NCBI GenBank assembly: GCA_034435115.1
Contig: DAOTXZ010000100.1
Location: forward strand, 1 to 41,651
Direction of reading: 5' to 3'
Length of the DNA: 41,651 nucleotides
DNA from: Dehalococcoidia bacterium
GTDB taxonomy: Bacteria; Chloroflexota; Dehalococcoidia; E44-bin15; DAOWNJ01
In this document: positions 1-9,833 of the stretch, one piece after another
Layout of the letters: each line of letters begins with the position of its first letter
Position numbering within the stretch: the stretch's first letter is position 1
The notes under the pieces: model-generated
Told to the model about the DNA's origin: nothing
Database searches by the model: none
The model's input: the letters and a program-made list of their open reading frames with translations, nothing else
Made by a program: the position numbers and the translations under genes

Positions 1-1
1 G

Positions 2-694
2 AGCGGGACACGAACCATCTCGCTCGCCCCTGAAGCAGGTTCAGAGCGGCTGCGTAAGGTCATCAATAAGGGCATGACGCAAAATGATATCCTCAGGGCG
101 GCGGAGAAGGTCGCCAGGCATGGTCTTGGACAACTAAAGCTCTACTTCATGATCGGCTTACCGACTGAAACTGAGGAAGATGTCAGCGAGATTGTAACCC
201 TGACCCTCGCTTGTAAAGACGCCATTGATAGCCAAAAGGGAGTTACTCGGCTCAGCCTCTCTATAGCCCCGTTCGTGCCAAAAGCGGGCACCCCATTTCA
301 ATGGCTACCCATGGCCAAGCAAGATACCTTGGAGCACCGTCTCTCCTTAATTAGAGGCAGTTTGGCCGGGAGAGGGATCGAAATCAAGGCGGAGAGTATC
401 GCCTGGAGCATGGTTCAGGGGATGCTCGCTCGTGGCGACTCCCGGCTAGGCGCCGTCCTTGCCAGGATGCGAGGGGTTAGCCTCTCGGCGTGGCGCAAGG
501 CGCTGGAGGACTGTGACCTCGAGGCCGATTCCTATATTCACCGGGAAATTCCCTTCACCGAGAAGCTACCTTGGTCAAGGGTTGATTCGAGGATAGTGCC
601 CCACTATCTGAGGCACGAGCTGGAAAGAGCAGAGCAAGGCGTCCGTAGTTCTCCCTGCCCGGCAAAAGAATGCCATAAATGCGGGGTTTGCTGA
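2..694 (+). CDS. radical SAM protein, C-terminal part (5' end lies outside the window)
   Basis: The frame is open from nt 2. SGTRTISLAPEAGSERLRKVINKG precedes the first Met of the 74..694 ORF. LKLYFMIGLPTETEEDV and the C-terminal CPAKECHKCGVC are typical of large radical SAM enzymes. Confidence 0.75.
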   Translation, partial: SGTRTISLAPEAGSERLRKVINKGMTQNDILRAAEKVARHGLGQLKLYFMIGLPTETEEDVSEIVTLTLACKDAIDSQKGVTRLSLSIAPFVPKAGTPFQWLPMAKQDTLEHRLSLIRGSLAGRGIEIKAESIAWSMVQGMLARGDSRLGAVLARMRGVSLSAWRKALEDCDLEADSYIHREIPFTEKLPWSRVDSRIVPHYLRHELERAEQGVRSSPCPAKECHKCGVC

Positions 695-697
695 TAA

Positions 698-1366
698 ATG
701 GACATCGAACGAAACATCGAGGAGCTTAAGCGGCGTATCGCCAGAGCAGCGGAAAGGGCAGGCAGGTCCCCCGATGAGGTGACCATTGTCGCAGTGAGCA
801 AAGGTGTGGGGTTCCCAGCGATCAAGGCTGCCCTGGGGGCAGGCATCACCAATATCGGAGAGAATAGGGTTCAAGAGGCAAAAGTGAAGATCGAGGAGCT
901 TTCATCCCGGGGGCTTCGCCTTACCTGGCACATGGTAGGGCACCTTCAGACCAATAAGGCGAAGACAGCAGCGGAGCTTTTTGATATAATCCATAGCATC
1001 GATAGTATCAGACTCGCCCAGTTACTAAGTCATCGGGCAAAAAATGCCCTTCCTATTTTACTTCAAGTGAATGTAGCAGGCGAGGCAAGTAAAAGCGGCT
1101 TCTCTCCAGTTGAGGTCTTGAGAGCCGTGGAAGCGATCGCTCGTTTACCTAATATTATAGTAAAGGGTCTGATGACCATCGCTCCCCCCACCGATGACCC
1201 CGAAGAGGTGCGCCCCATTTTTCGCCGGCTGCGCGAGCTGCGGGACTCGTTGGGGCTGGAGCACCTCTCTATGGGCATGACCGACGATTTTGAGGTGGCG
1301 GTGGAGGAGGGGGCAACTATGGTCAGGATCGGACGTGCTATCTTTGGCGAGCGGAGTCGACCTTAG
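698..1366 (+). CDS. yggS: YggS-family pyridoxal-phosphate homeostasis protein
   Basis: 222 aa with [50 protein letters not shown]. Starts 4 nt after the upstream stop. Confidence 0.85.
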   Translation: MDIERNIEELKRRIARAAERAGRSPDEVTIVAVSKGVGFPAIKAALGAGITNIGENRVQEAKVKIEELSSRGLRLTWHMVGHLQTNKAKTAAELFDIIHSIDSIRLAQLLSHRAKNALPILLQVNVAGEASKSGFSPVEVLRAVEAIARLPNIIVKGLMTIAPPTDDPEEVRPIFRRLRELRDSLGLEHLSMGMTDDFEVAVEEGATMVRIGRAIFGERSRP

Positions 1367-1384
1367 ATAAAAGAGGAGGTGAGC

Positions 1385-2185
1385 ATGAAAATCGCCTTTA
1401 TCGGGGGTGGGGTGATGGGTGAGACAATTATCTCACGGCTACTGGGGGAGGGACTTGCCACGCCCAAAGATATTATAGCTAGCGACATCAGCCACCCCCG
1501 TCGCCAGGTTCTGAGTGAGAAGTATGGCATCAAGACCACAGCCGATAATCGGAGTGCCCTTGAGGGTGGCGAGGTAGTAGTTCTTGCCATCAAGCCGCAG
1601 AGCCTCGCTGAGGTTATGAATGACCTTGCTGGGCATCTCCGACCTGGGCAGCTTCTGCTCTCGATTGTTGCCGGGGCGAGTATCGCCACCATAAGCAAAG
1701 GCATAAAGCATAGCGCTGTGGTTCGCGTCATGCCCAATATCCTGGCGCAGATCGGGGAGGGGATGAGTGTCTGGACTGCCACCGCCGATGTCACCCAAAG
1801 CCAGAGAGAGGCGGCTAGATCTATCCTCGCCGCACTGGGCAAGGAGATCTATGTCACCGATGAGAGATACCTCGATATGGTCACGGCGGTGAGTGGAAGT
1901 GGTCCGGCCTATGTTTTCCTTGTCATAGAGTCGCTCCTCGATGGTGCTGTGCATATCGGGCTCCCCCACGAGATGGCACGGCAACTGGTCATTCAGACGA
2001 TGCTGGGGGCAACCCGCTTTGTCCAGGAGACCGGCAAGCACCCTGCCGAGCTTCGAAACATGGTCACCTCCCCTGGAGGGACCACCGCCAAGGGCTTGCT
2101 TGCGCTTGAGGAGGGGGGGATTCGTGCTATCCTTGCTCATGCTATTATTGCTGCCTATGGAAAAGCCAAAGAACTGGGAGGGTAA
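1385..2185 (+). CDS. proC: pyrroline-5-carboxylate reductase
   Basis: MKIAFIGGGVMG Rossmann N-terminus, VMPN, SPGGTTAKGL. ATG at 1385 follows a GAGGAGG RBS. The track start at 1379 is a GTG two codons upstream. Confidence 0.9.
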   Translation: MKIAFIGGGVMGETIISRLLGEGLATPKDIIASDISHPRRQVLSEKYGIKTTADNRSALEGGEVVVLAIKPQSLAEVMNDLAGHLRPGQLLLSIVAGASIATISKGIKHSAVVRVMPNILAQIGEGMSVWTATADVTQSQREAARSILAALGKEIYVTDERYLDMVTAVSGSGPAYVFLVIESLLDGAVHIGLPHEMARQLVIQTMLGATRFVQETGKHPAELRNMVTSPGGTTAKGLLALEEGGIRAILAHAIIAAYGKAKELGG

Positions 2186-2193
2186 GTCGCCAA

Positions 2194-2436
2194 ATGCAAG
2201 TGTTATACAACTTTATTGAGATTCTCTGCCAGGTGCTCATTGTCGCCATTTTTCTTCGAGCCATTCTATCCTGGTTTATGGTGAGCTCCAGCAACATCTT
2301 TGTGGTCATTCTCCACCAGGTCACCGAGCCTATCCTCGCCCCTCTGCGCCGGGTGATTCCCCGAATAGGTTTGATAGATATCACCCCCATGATTGCTATC
2401 CTCATCCTTATATTGATCATGCAGCTTGTTCCCTAG
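2194..2436 (+). CDS. yggT: YggT-family small membrane protein
   Basis: 80 aa, two hydrophobic segments, LRAILSWF and EPILAPLRRVIP motifs. Conserved position after yggS-proC. Confidence 0.8.
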   Translation: MQVLYNFIEILCQVLIVAIFLRAILSWFMVSSSNIFVVILHQVTEPILAPLRRVIPRIGLIDITPMIAILILILIMQLVP

Positions 2437-2493
2437 TAGATCTCCCATACTACATTCTTGTGCCATCGGGCCCGGTGTGATAGAATCCAGGCG

Positions 2494-3246
2494 ATGTTTA
2501 AAAAAGTCGATCTCCACATCCATACCCCTGAGTCTTCCTGCTTTGAGGATCACGTGGTCCCTGAGGCCAAGCTCAGGACGTTCCCTGAGGACATTGTTAA
2601 GGTAGCAGTTTCCCGTGGCCTTGAGGCGATCGCCATTACCGACCACAATAGTGTTGAAGCCGTCGAGCAGATAAGGGATGTGGCAAGAAAGGATGGTCTG
2701 GTTGTTCTTCCCGGTGTGGAGTTATCGGCAAAGGGTGGGCATGCCATTGCTATATTTGATGAGAAGACCCCGGTGGAGAGGCTGCGCTATTTGCTTCGTC
2801 TCCTTTGTTTTGGAGAGGAGCACAAGGGGCAGGGCTGGGCTGAAACCCCCTACTGGATCGACGAGGTGTTCCAAGCGATAGAGGAGTATGGCGGCCTCGC
2901 CATTGCTGCCCACATTGATCGAAGGCCCAAAGGCTTTATCGCCTCGGATGAGCATCTTCAGGACAAGATAAGGATTCATAATAGCAGACATCTAAGCGCC
3001 CTGGAGATCACGGTGGAGCGGGATAAGAAACTGTGGAATCACGGGCTTATGCCCAATTTCCCCAAGAGGTATGCCTGTATCCAGGGTTCAGATGCCCATT
3101 CCCCCAAGGAGATAGGAAGGCGAGCGATCTATGTCGATACCCCCGATCTCACCATAGAGGGGCTGCGACTTGCCTTCCGCGAGTATGAAAAAAGGATCAG
3201 GTTTCCGGGAGAGGCTGAGCAAGGTCATAGGGAGGCACTTTGGTGA
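2494..3246 (+). CDS. PHP-domain metal-dependent phosphoesterase
   Basis: VDLHIHTPESS, IAITDHNS, AAHIDR, GSDAHS metal-ligand motifs. ATG at 2494 is preferred over the upstream track start at 2458. Confidence 0.7.
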   Translation: MFKKVDLHIHTPESSCFEDHVVPEAKLRTFPEDIVKVAVSRGLEAIAITDHNSVEAVEQIRDVARKDGLVVLPGVELSAKGGHAIAIFDEKTPVERLRYLLRLLCFGEEHKGQGWAETPYWIDEVFQAIEEYGGLAIAAHIDRRPKGFIASDEHLQDKIRIHNSRHLSALEITVERDKKLWNHGLMPNFPKRYACIQGSDAHSPKEIGRRAIYVDTPDLTIEGLRLAFREYEKRIRFPGEAEQGHREALW

Positions 3247-4097
3247 AAAGGGTTGCCATTGTCACTGATAGCACTGCCTGTCTTCCCAAAGAGCTGGTCG
3301 AGGAGTATGATATTCGCGTCGTGCCTGTGGCCTTCATTTTTGAGGGCAGATCCTATCGGGACGAGATAGATATAACCCCAAGCGAGCTCTACCAGTTACT
3401 TGAGACTGGAGACAAACTTCCCACCACCTCTGCCCCTCCTCCAGGAGCCTATCTCGAGGCTTATCGGGAGCTAAGCCAGAGGACAGATAGCATTGTTTGC
3501 ATCACCGTCCCCCGTGAGCTCAGCATGGTGTTTCAGACAGCAATGCAGGCGAAAGAGGTGGCTAGAGAGGCACTCCCCAATACCTCCATAAGCGTGATCG
3601 ACTGTCATACTGCTGCCGGTGGACAGGGGCTGATTGTCCTCGAGGCGGCGCGAGCCGCAGCCAAAGGGGCATCCCTTGAGGAGGTTCTAAAGGTGGTGAA
3701 GGACATGATGCCAAGGGTACATCTCTTTGTCATGTTGGACACCCTTTATTATCTTGCAAAGGGGGGGCGTATTCCGAAAGTGGTAGCCGGGGCTGGCTCA
3801 GTCCTTAGGGTCAAGCCCTTCCTCACTGTAGCCGACGGAAAGATACGCATGCTCACTCCCGTAAGGACTAAACGCAGGGGATTGGAACGCATGCTCAAGA
3901 TAATGCGGGAGCGCACAAAAGGCCCGGTACATGTTATAGTAATGCACGCCAATGTATTACATGAGGCGGAGGAACTCAAGGCTCGCATTTCCTCAGAGTT
4001 TGATTGTGCTGAGATTTATGTCACGGACTTTACCCCGGTAATGGGTATTCATACTGGGCCGGGACTTGTTGCCATCGCCTTTTATAGTGGAGTCTAG
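3243..4097 (+). CDS. DegV-family fatty-acid-binding protein (paralog 1)
   Basis: VAIVTDSTACLP N-terminus, TTSAPPPG, 285 aa. GTG 3243 or TTG 3240 follows an AGGGAGG RBS and overlaps the PHP stop. Confidence 0.85.
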   Translation: MKRVAIVTDSTACLPKELVEEYDIRVVPVAFIFEGRSYRDEIDITPSELYQLLETGDKLPTTSAPPPGAYLEAYRELSQRTDSIVCITVPRELSMVFQTAMQAKEVAREALPNTSISVIDCHTAAGGQGLIVLEAARAAAKGASLEEVLKVVKDMMPRVHLFVMLDTLYYLAKGGRIPKVVAGAGSVLRVKPFLTVADGKIRMLTPVRTKRRGLERMLKIMRERTKGPVHVIVMHANVLHEAEELKARISSEFDCAEIYVTDFTPVMGIHTGPGLVAIAFYSGV

Positions 4098-4126
4098 CTG
4101 GTAGCCTAAGAGAAAAGGAGAAGGTC

Positions 4127-4990
4127 ATGGGGAAGGTTGCAATTGTCACCGATAGCGTTGCTTGCCTCCCCAGGGAGCTGGTGAGGAGGTATGACATTAG
4201 TGTGGCACCCTGTAGCGTTATATTCAAAGATAGGGTATATCGGGATGAGGTGGATGCAATCCCTGGCGAATTCTATAGATTCTTGGCTGAGGCGACCGAG
4301 CCTCCAAACACCTCTCCCCCCTCCCCAGCCAGCTACCTAGAGATATACCGCGAGGTGAGCAAGAAAACCGACACCATACTCTGCATCACTCCCTCAGCCA
4401 GGCTTACCGGCGTCTACACCTCGGCACTGGCGGCGAGGGAAATGGCAAAGGAGGAACTCCCTCACACCACAATCGAGGTACTCGACTCCACCATCGCCAC
4501 CATGGCACAGGGCTTCGTTGTTTTAGCAGCCGCCAGGGCTGCCGCCGAAGACAAAAGCCTGGCTGAGATCATCCAAGTGGCGAAGAGCTTGATTCCGAGA
4601 GTAAACTGCGTTTTCCTGGTGGATAATCTGGCCTATGCTTTACTGAGAGGTCGCCATCCCAGGATAGCAGCCTTGACCGGTCCCTTGCTCGGTAATATAA
4701 AGCCTATCTTTGACTTCCGCGATGGAATGGCACATCGCCTCGCGATCTCTAGAACCAAGCCACGGGCAGTGGCACTTCTCCTTGAGATAGTGCGGCAAAG
4801 AGTGGGGACGGAGAATCGGGTGCACATCGCTGTGCACCACACTAACGTCCCAGAGGAGGCGGAGAGACTCAGGCGCCAGGTGGACCCCCAATTCGACTGT
4901 GCCGAACTTTATGTTACGGAGTTCTCACCGGTCATGGCTACCGGTGCTGGTCCTGGGATGCTGGGGCTTGCCTACTATGGCGAAGATTGA
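4127..4990 (+). CDS. DegV-family fatty-acid-binding protein (paralog 2)
   Basis: VAIVTDSVACLP, NTSPPSP, 287 aa, AAGGAGAAGG RBS. Clearly paralogous to the upstream gene. Confidence 0.85.
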   Translation: MGKVAIVTDSVACLPRELVRRYDISVAPCSVIFKDRVYRDEVDAIPGEFYRFLAEATEPPNTSPPSPASYLEIYREVSKKTDTILCITPSARLTGVYTSALAAREMAKEELPHTTIEVLDSTIATMAQGFVVLAAARAAAEDKSLAEIIQVAKSLIPRVNCVFLVDNLAYALLRGRHPRIAALTGPLLGNIKPIFDFRDGMAHRLAISRTKPRAVALLLEIVRQRVGTENRVHIAVHHTNVPEEAERLRRQVDPQFDCAELYVTEFSPVMATGAGPGMLGLAYYGED

Positions 4991-5013
4991 TCTAAAGGTG
5001 AGGGAGGAAAAAT

Positions 5014-5697
5014 ATGGGGGCTGATCTGGCGCTGATCCTGGGTGCCTATCTCTTTGGCGCATTGCCCATTATCTATATCATAGGCAGGCTTAGGGGTGTC
5101 GACCTGAGAGAGTATGAGGATGCCCACATCGCCCTATGGCGAAGGGTGGGGCGGCTGGAGGGGTTCATAGGGGTAGTGACGGAGTTTGTCAAAGGAATTA
5201 TCGCTGTCCTGGTCGCCAGGGGGCTGGGCTTTCCAGATCTGACCGTTGCCCTCACCGGGCTGGCTGCGGTGGTGGGGCAGATGTGGCCCGTCTTTCTTAA
5301 GTTTGACGGGGAAAAGGGAAACAGTGTCGGGATAGCTATGGCCGGAACACTTGCCACCCAGCCTTTTCTTATTGCCTTGATACCCATGCTTCTTGGCGCC
5401 TTGATCAGAACCCTGCCCCGCCTCTTGGATACCACCTGCTCGAGGGAGGAGCGCCTAAAGCTCGGTGGACCTCCCAGCCTCAGCTTACCCCTGGGCGTAT
5501 TCATCGGCTTTGCCGTTCTGCCTATATCATCCTGGCTCCTGGGGTGGCCCCTGGAGATAACCTTGGCCTTTGTGGCACTCTTTATATTGATACTGACAAG
5601 GAGGGCGACCGCCGGGGTTAGAGCCGACCTTAAAGGGGCTGCGAGCAAGAAAAGTATCATCCTGAACCGTCTTCTCTTTGACCGCAGCTATCGCTAG
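5014..5697 (+). CDS. PlsY-family (COG0344-like) membrane protein, divergent
   Basis: Polytopic, 227 aa. GQMWPVFLKFDGEKGNSVG resembles the PlsY GHxxPxFxxFxGGKG motif. The canonical SGNxGATN motif is not visible. Confidence 0.55.
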   Translation: MGADLALILGAYLFGALPIIYIIGRLRGVDLREYEDAHIALWRRVGRLEGFIGVVTEFVKGIIAVLVARGLGFPDLTVALTGLAAVVGQMWPVFLKFDGEKGNSVGIAMAGTLATQPFLIALIPMLLGALIRTLPRLLDTTCSREERLKLGGPPSLSLPLGVFIGFAVLPISSWLLGWPLEITLAFVALFILILTRRATAGVRADLKGAASKKSIILNRLLFDRSYR

Positions 5698-5726
5698 ACC
5701 AACATAGCGAATTCAACCGACCTCTC

Positions 5727-5750
5727 AGTCCAACAGGAGTTGGTCTTTTT
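5727..5750 (+). terminator. putative intrinsic terminator after the PlsY-like gene
   Basis: AGTCCAAC-AGGA-GTTGGTCT stem (7 of 8 pairs) followed by a T run. An alternative perfect 5' arm AGACCAAC lies at 5696-5703. Confidence 0.45.
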
Positions 5751-5799
5751 GTTAAGGGGATGGCACAATTTAGGGAAATATCCTATAATTGAGAAAGCT

Positions 5800-6387
5800 G
5801 TGGAGAGGAGCCAGGTAACCAGAGACGTCCAGACATTAAAAGAGAGTTTAGGGGAGTTGCCTGAGCCGGTGGTCGATCCTGCCCTCATCGTAGTTAGCGG
5901 TCTTCCGGGGACGGGGAAATCTCACTTTTGTCGCCGACTTGCGGAAAGACTCCCCGTCGCCATCTTGGAAAGTGACGCCCTGCGCAAGGTCCTCTTCCCG
6001 AGCCCAAGCTATAGTCGTCAGGAAAGCTCCCGCCTCTTTGAGGCCTGCCATGCTCTCATTTTTGAGCTTTTAGGTAAAGGAATAACGGTCGTCCTTGATG
6101 CCACCAATTTGACGGAGCGTCACCGGGAGCACCTATACCACATCGCTGACCGCCTCGGGGTGAAGCTAATCATGGTTCGTGTTGAGGCGCCGCCGGAACT
6201 GGTGCGTCAGCGCCTTGAGGCTCGGGTTCGTGGGAGTAATCCTGAGGATAGGTCAGATGCTGACTGGAGGGTGTATCAGAAGATGAAGTCCTCGGTTCAA
6301 AGGATAAGACGCAACTACTTCACCCTTGATACCTCAAGGGACATCACCCCTGTCATTGACAAGATCTTGCGAGAAGTAAGGCGGTAG
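5800..6387 (+). CDS. P-loop kinase / AAA_33-type ATPase
   Basis: VVSGLPGTGKSHF Walker A, VVLDATN Walker B-like. The start is uncertain. GTG 5800 is chosen because the TTG at 5740 lies inside the terminator hairpin. Confidence 0.6.
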   Translation: MERSQVTRDVQTLKESLGELPEPVVDPALIVVSGLPGTGKSHFCRRLAERLPVAILESDALRKVLFPSPSYSRQESSRLFEACHALIFELLGKGITVVLDATNLTERHREHLYHIADRLGVKLIMVRVEAPPELVRQRLEARVRGSNPEDRSDADWRVYQKMKSSVQRIRRNYFTLDTSRDITPVIDKILREVRR

Positions 6388-6416
6388 CACCCTTCGCCCT
6401 GGTTGGAGGGGAAACC

Positions 6417-8288
6417 ATGCCCTATGGTTACAATGGCAAAATCCTGCGGATTAATCTATCTCGGGGGAGCACCCAGGTTGAGGAGCCTGACAGCAGTTTC
6501 TATCGTCGCTATTTGGGAGGAAGAGGCTTCGTTAGCTATTATCTCCTGAGAGAGCTCAGGGCGGGCATTTCCCCCTTAAGCCCGGAAAATAAACTCATCT
6601 TCGCCACGGGGGTTATCACTGGAGCCCCGGTCGGAGGGTGCGGCAGGAACAGCGTAGGCGCAAAATCGCCTCTCAGTGGAGGCTACGGGGATGCCGAGGT
6701 TGGGGGATATTGGGGGGCTGAGCTAAAGAGGGCGGGGTATGATGCCATCATTGTTGAGGGAAGGGCAGACGAACCAGTATATCTATGGATTGAGGATGGG
6801 AGGGTGGAGCTTAAAGATGCGAAAAGGCTTTGGGGAAAGCCAACCGCAGAGGCGCAGAGGATGATTCACGAAGAGCTAGGCGACCCTCTGATTCGTGTTG
6901 CCCAGATAGGGCCGGCGGGGGAGAATTTGGTTCGCTATGCCTGTGTCATCAACGATCTCGCTCATGCCGCAGGTAGAACCGGCATGGGGGCGGTGATGGG
7001 CTCCAAGAACCTGAAGGCTATAGCCGTCCGCGGGCACAAAAACCTGGGGATGGCAGACCCCAAGGCGGTTAGCTCCCTGGCAAAGTGGCTCCGTGACAAC
7101 TTCGTGACGCTCGCCCGGAGGCTTTACGACGAGGGGACTGCCGGTGGTCTCTGGAGCCTCAACCGAAATGGGGGCCTGCCCACCCGCAACTTCCAGGAAG
7201 GGGTATTTGAGGGGGCAACCAAGATAAATGGTCGGGTGCTTAGGGATACTATCCTTGTTGCTCGCCGAAGCTGCTGGGCCTGCCCCATCCGCTGTAAAAG
7301 GGAGGTAGTGGTGAGAGAGCCATATAACGTGAGCCCCGCCTACGGTGGCCCGGAGTACGAGACTATCGCATCGCTCGGCTCAAACTGCGGCATAGATAGC
7401 CTTGAGGCCATCGCCAAAGGGAATGAGCTTTGCAATGCCAATGGGTTGGACACTATATCCACAGGGGTAGTTATCGCCTTCGCTATGGAGCTCTTTGAAA
7501 GGGGCATCCTCACTGAGAAGGATACCAACGGAATGAAACTCAGCTTTGGGAACGCGGAAGCCATGGTGAAAATGGTGGAGATGATCGCTGGACGGGAGGG
7601 GATTGGTGACCTCCTCGCTGAAGGAGTGGCCAGGGCAAGCGAGAGGATAGGAAAAGGTGCTGAAGACTTTGCCCTTCATGTCAAAGGGCAGGAGATTCCC
7701 ATGCACGAGCCCCGCTATAAGCAGGGTATGGGGCTGGGGTATGCAGTATCGCCCACCGGGGCTGATCATGTGCATAACATTCATGACGATATGTTCAATA
7801 GAGAAGGTCGTGAGCTAGAAAACCTTAAGGCCCTGGGGGTGCTTGAGCCCCTGCCCCTCACCGACCTCAGCCCAGCCAAGGTTCGCATGCTCATCTATTT
7901 CACCAATTGGCGCCATCTCCTCGACTGCCTCTCACTGTGCGTGTTTATCCCCTTTAACTATAGCCAGGTCGCCGATCTGGTGAAGGGCGTGACTGGCTGG
8001 AACACCTCACTATGGGAGCTGATGAAGGTGGGTGAAAGGTGTGTCACCATGGCCCGCGCCTTCAACATCCGTGAAGGGTTTGCCAAGGATGACGATCGCC
8101 TGCCCCGGCGTTTCTTTGAACCATTCACCTCTGGTCCGCTTCAGGGGGTGAGCATCAAAAAAGAGGAGCTTGAACGGGCCAGAGATATATATTATTCTAT
8201 GATGGGGTGGGACGAAGCCACAGGTACCCCCAAGCTGGGGAGGCTTCAGGAGCTCGGCATCGAGTGGGTAGCGGGGGTGATGAATTAG
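6417..8288 (+). CDS. aor: aldehyde:ferredoxin oxidoreductase (tungstopterin AOR family)
   Basis: 623 aa. YGYNGKILRINLS N-terminus, GGRG, CWACPIRCKR [4Fe-4S] motif, GGAGGGG RBS. Confidence 0.9.
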   Translation: MPYGYNGKILRINLSRGSTQVEEPDSSFYRRYLGGRGFVSYYLLRELRAGISPLSPENKLIFATGVITGAPVGGCGRNSVGAKSPLSGGYGDAEVGGYWGAELKRAGYDAIIVEGRADEPVYLWIEDGRVELKDAKRLWGKPTAEAQRMIHEELGDPLIRVAQIGPAGENLVRYACVINDLAHAAGRTGMGAVMGSKNLKAIAVRGHKNLGMADPKAVSSLAKWLRDNFVTLARRLYDEGTAGGLWSLNRNGGLPTRNFQEGVFEGATKINGRVLRDTILVARRSCWACPIRCKREVVVREPYNVSPAYGGPEYETIASLGSNCGIDSLEAIAKGNELCNANGLDTISTGVVIAFAMELFERGILTEKDTNGMKLSFGNAEAMVKMVEMIAGREGIGDLLAEGVARASERIGKGAEDFALHVKGQEIPMHEPRYKQGMGLGYAVSPTGADHVHNIHDDMFNREGRELENLKALGVLEPLPLTDLSPAKVRMLIYFTNWRHLLDCLSLCVFIPFNYSQVADLVKGVTGWNTSLWELMKVGERCVTMARAFNIREGFAKDDDRLPRRFFEPFTSGPLQGVSIKKEELERARDIYYSMMGWDEATGTPKLGRLQELGIEWVAGVMN

Positions 8289-8308
8289 AGTGGTGAAAGG
8301 AGGAGAAG

Positions 8309-9811
8309 GTGGAGATAAAAGTCATATCTGGCGACATCACAAAGGTTGAGGTCGATGCTATTATAGTGAATCTCTTCGAGGGGGTGGAAAGCCCGGGCGG
8401 TGCCAGTGGGGTGGTGGATAAAGCCCTTGATGGTGCTATCACCAAGCTCATCGCTGATGGTGAGATCAAGGGCAAACTGAACGAGGTTACCATGATCCAC
8501 ACCCTGGGTAAGATCCAGCCAGCAAGGGTGGTTGTTGTGGGGTTGGGTAAGCAAGCCGAGCTATCCCTCGACCGGATTCGGGGGGTGGTGGCTGAGGCGT
8601 GTCGGTTCCTTCGCAAGGTGGGTGCCCAGCGGGTGGCAACTATTGCTCATGGGGCGGGGGTGGGTGGCGTGGAATATGATAAGGCAGCCCAAGCTATTGT
8701 CGAGGGCTCGATCCTGGGACTTTATACTTTCCGAAGGCACATCACCAAAGAGCCCGAGTATAGGGAGATCAAAGAGCTGCTTATCGTGGAAAGGGATGAG
8801 GGAAAGCTCCCTGCCCTAGAGCAGGGTTGCCGCCGGGGTAAGGCGATTGCTGAAGCCACGTCCTTTGCCCGAGACATGACAAACGAGCCGGCAAATCATA
8901 TGACCCCAACCGATATGGCGGAGCGGGCAAAGGAGGTTGCCCAAACCTACGGTCTAGAGTTCAGTGTCCTCGAGCGAGAGGAGATGAAGGAGCTGGGGAT
9001 GGGTGCCCTCTTGGGGGTGGCACAGGGCTCAAGCCAGCCGCCAAAGTTCATCATACTCCGCTATAAGGGGGATAGCTCCTCCGAGGCCTCTCTGGGCATT
9101 ATCGGCAAGGGGATAACCTTCGACTCGGGTGGGATTTCAATCAAGCCCTCCGAGGGCATGGAGGAGATGAAGGGGGACATGGCGGGGGGGGCTACAGTTA
9201 TCGCCACCATGTGTGCTATCGGCGAGCTAAAGCCGAAGATCAACGTCACCGCCCTTATACCGGCAACCGAGAACCTTCCCAGTGGCTCCGCCTTGAAGCC
9301 GGGGGATGTGCTGAGGGCGATGGGCGGAAAGACCATCGAGATTGTCTCCACCGATGCTGAGGGGAGGCTCATTCTGGCCGATGCCCTAAGCTATGCCAGA
9401 AGGCTTGGACTTTCGCCTCTAGTTGATGTTGCTACACTTACCGGCGCCTGTCGTATTGCGCTGGGGGATATCTGCACAGGCGCCTTCACCAATAACCCGG
9501 ATTTGCTGAACAAGATTGTAAAGGCTGGGGAGGAGGCAGGGGAGCGCATCTGGCAGATGCCCATGTATGAGGAATACAAAGAGCAGAATAAGAGCGATAT
9601 TGCCGATATCAAAAACGTAGGGTCAAGATACGGCGGTGCGATAACCGCTGCCCAGTTTCTTGCCGAATTCGCCGGGGATACACCCTGGGTCCATCTCGAT
9701 ATTGCCGGCACATCGCGCAGTGAAAAGGAGAAATCCTATCTGGTTAAGGGGGCAACCGGGGTGGGAGTGAGAACCTTGACAAACCTCATTCTCGCCCTTG
9801 CTCAGAAGTAA
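8309..9811 (+). CDS. pepA: leucyl aminopeptidase (M17)
   Basis: NEPANHMTP, GKGITFDSGGISIKP, MKGDMAGGA, STDAEGRL. GTG start after an AGGAGGAG RBS. Confidence 0.9.
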   Translation: MEIKVISGDITKVEVDAIIVNLFEGVESPGGASGVVDKALDGAITKLIADGEIKGKLNEVTMIHTLGKIQPARVVVVGLGKQAELSLDRIRGVVAEACRFLRKVGAQRVATIAHGAGVGGVEYDKAAQAIVEGSILGLYTFRRHITKEPEYREIKELLIVERDEGKLPALEQGCRRGKAIAEATSFARDMTNEPANHMTPTDMAERAKEVAQTYGLEFSVLEREEMKELGMGALLGVAQGSSQPPKFIILRYKGDSSSEASLGIIGKGITFDSGGISIKPSEGMEEMKGDMAGGATVIATMCAIGELKPKINVTALIPATENLPSGSALKPGDVLRAMGGKTIEIVSTDAEGRLILADALSYARRLGLSPLVDVATLTGACRIALGDICTGAFTNNPDLLNKIVKAGEEAGERIWQMPMYEEYKEQNKSDIADIKNVGSRYGGAITAAQFLAEFAGDTPWVHLDIAGTSRSEKEKSYLVKGATGVGVRTLTNLILALAQK

Positions 9812-9833
9812 CGTGGTAAAGGAGGCTTCGAAA

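Noticed and set aside
5740-5799. TTG start at 5740 for the P-loop kinase gene, as in the ORF track.
   Set aside because: The first codons (TTGGTCTTTTTG) are the 3' arm and U tract of the upstream terminator hairpin. The N-terminal 20 aa look non-protein-like. A downstream GTG is preferred, although the true start remains uncertain.
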